The position numbers were made by a program, and so were the translations under genes. The notes under the pieces are model-generated. The model saw only the letters and a list, made by a program, of their open reading frames with translations. It was not told the DNA's origin and did not search any database. A stretch of 24,789 bases of DNA from a virus (taxonomy: Duplodnaviria > Caudoviricetes). Shown piece after piece: positions 24,715-24,789 of the stretch. Each line of letters begins with the position of its first letter. The stretch's first letter is position 1. Location of the stretch: the IMG/VR virus record IMGVR_UViG_3300022179_000287, positions 1-24,789 of that record; one strand, given 5' to 3'.

Positions 24715-24789
24715 TGGCGACGAGCGCCGGGGCTCAGGTCACCGGCGACCTCAACACCAACAGCGGCAACACGAACTCGACGATCGACC
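24594..24789 (+). CDS. 3'-truncated exported/membrane-anchored protein overlapping the lipoprotein gene
   Basis: ATG 24594 after AAGGGGG opens a frame running to the window end: MRDPAERG...RRYARRHGGALLGLLMATSAGAQVTGDLNTNSGNTNSTID. Basic-hydrophobic-AxA signal-like segment. Confidence 0.5.
   Translation, partial: MRDPAERGDALLHVDARRSERAALLRRYARRHGGALLGLLMATSAGAQVTGDLNTNSGNTNSTID

Larger units (their letters stand above)
1..24789 (+). mobile_element. Tailed phage/prophage (siphovirus-like) packaging, head, tail and lysis-adjacent region
   Basis: Tightly coupled + strand genes in canonical order: terminase, portal, head, neck, tail tube, chaperones, tape measure, tail tip, fibre. No sheath or baseplate wedge genes. 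No integrase or att site in the window, so free phage and prophage cannot be told apart. Confidence 0.97.

Noticed and set aside
22549-24789. Diversity-generating retroelement or invertible fibre cassette
   Set aside because: No reverse transcriptase, invertase, template/variable repeat pair or flanking inverted repeats seen in the window.
1-24789. CRISPR array, IS element, intron/intein, integrase or att site
   Set aside because: No regularly spaced repeats, transposase or homing-endonuclease motifs. TerL and portal are of normal size.

Overview
This window is the packaging and virion-morphogenesis half of a GC-rich long-tailed (siphovirus-like) phage or prophage. The host is probably an alphaproteobacterium, inferred from an apparent absence of GANTC. 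Gene order on the + strand: end of an unknown gene, Mom-family DNA adenine-modification enzyme, (two small - strand genes), TerS, TerL, portal, MuF head protein with a HExxH C-terminal extension plus a small partner gene, multidomain prohead protease, scaffold, decoration protein, major capsid, head-tail joining genes, tail tube, frameshifted tail chaperones, tape measure, tail tip genes, tail fibre and the start of a lysis/membrane module. The most striking observation is a 70-nt tRNA-Gly-like element (777-846) inside the 3' end of the mom-like gene. It has a perfect 7-bp acceptor stem, a U discriminator, an encoded CCA and a UCC anticodon, but no D-arm and a bulged T-stem. It may be a dedicated non-proteinogenic glycyl donor for DNA hypermodification. 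Other notable points are a prohead protease whose catalytic motifs are split over two genes, a structured intergenic region, strong restriction-site avoidance, and in-frame mosaic patches in tail genes. All calls come from motif recognition and synteny by eye; no database search was run.
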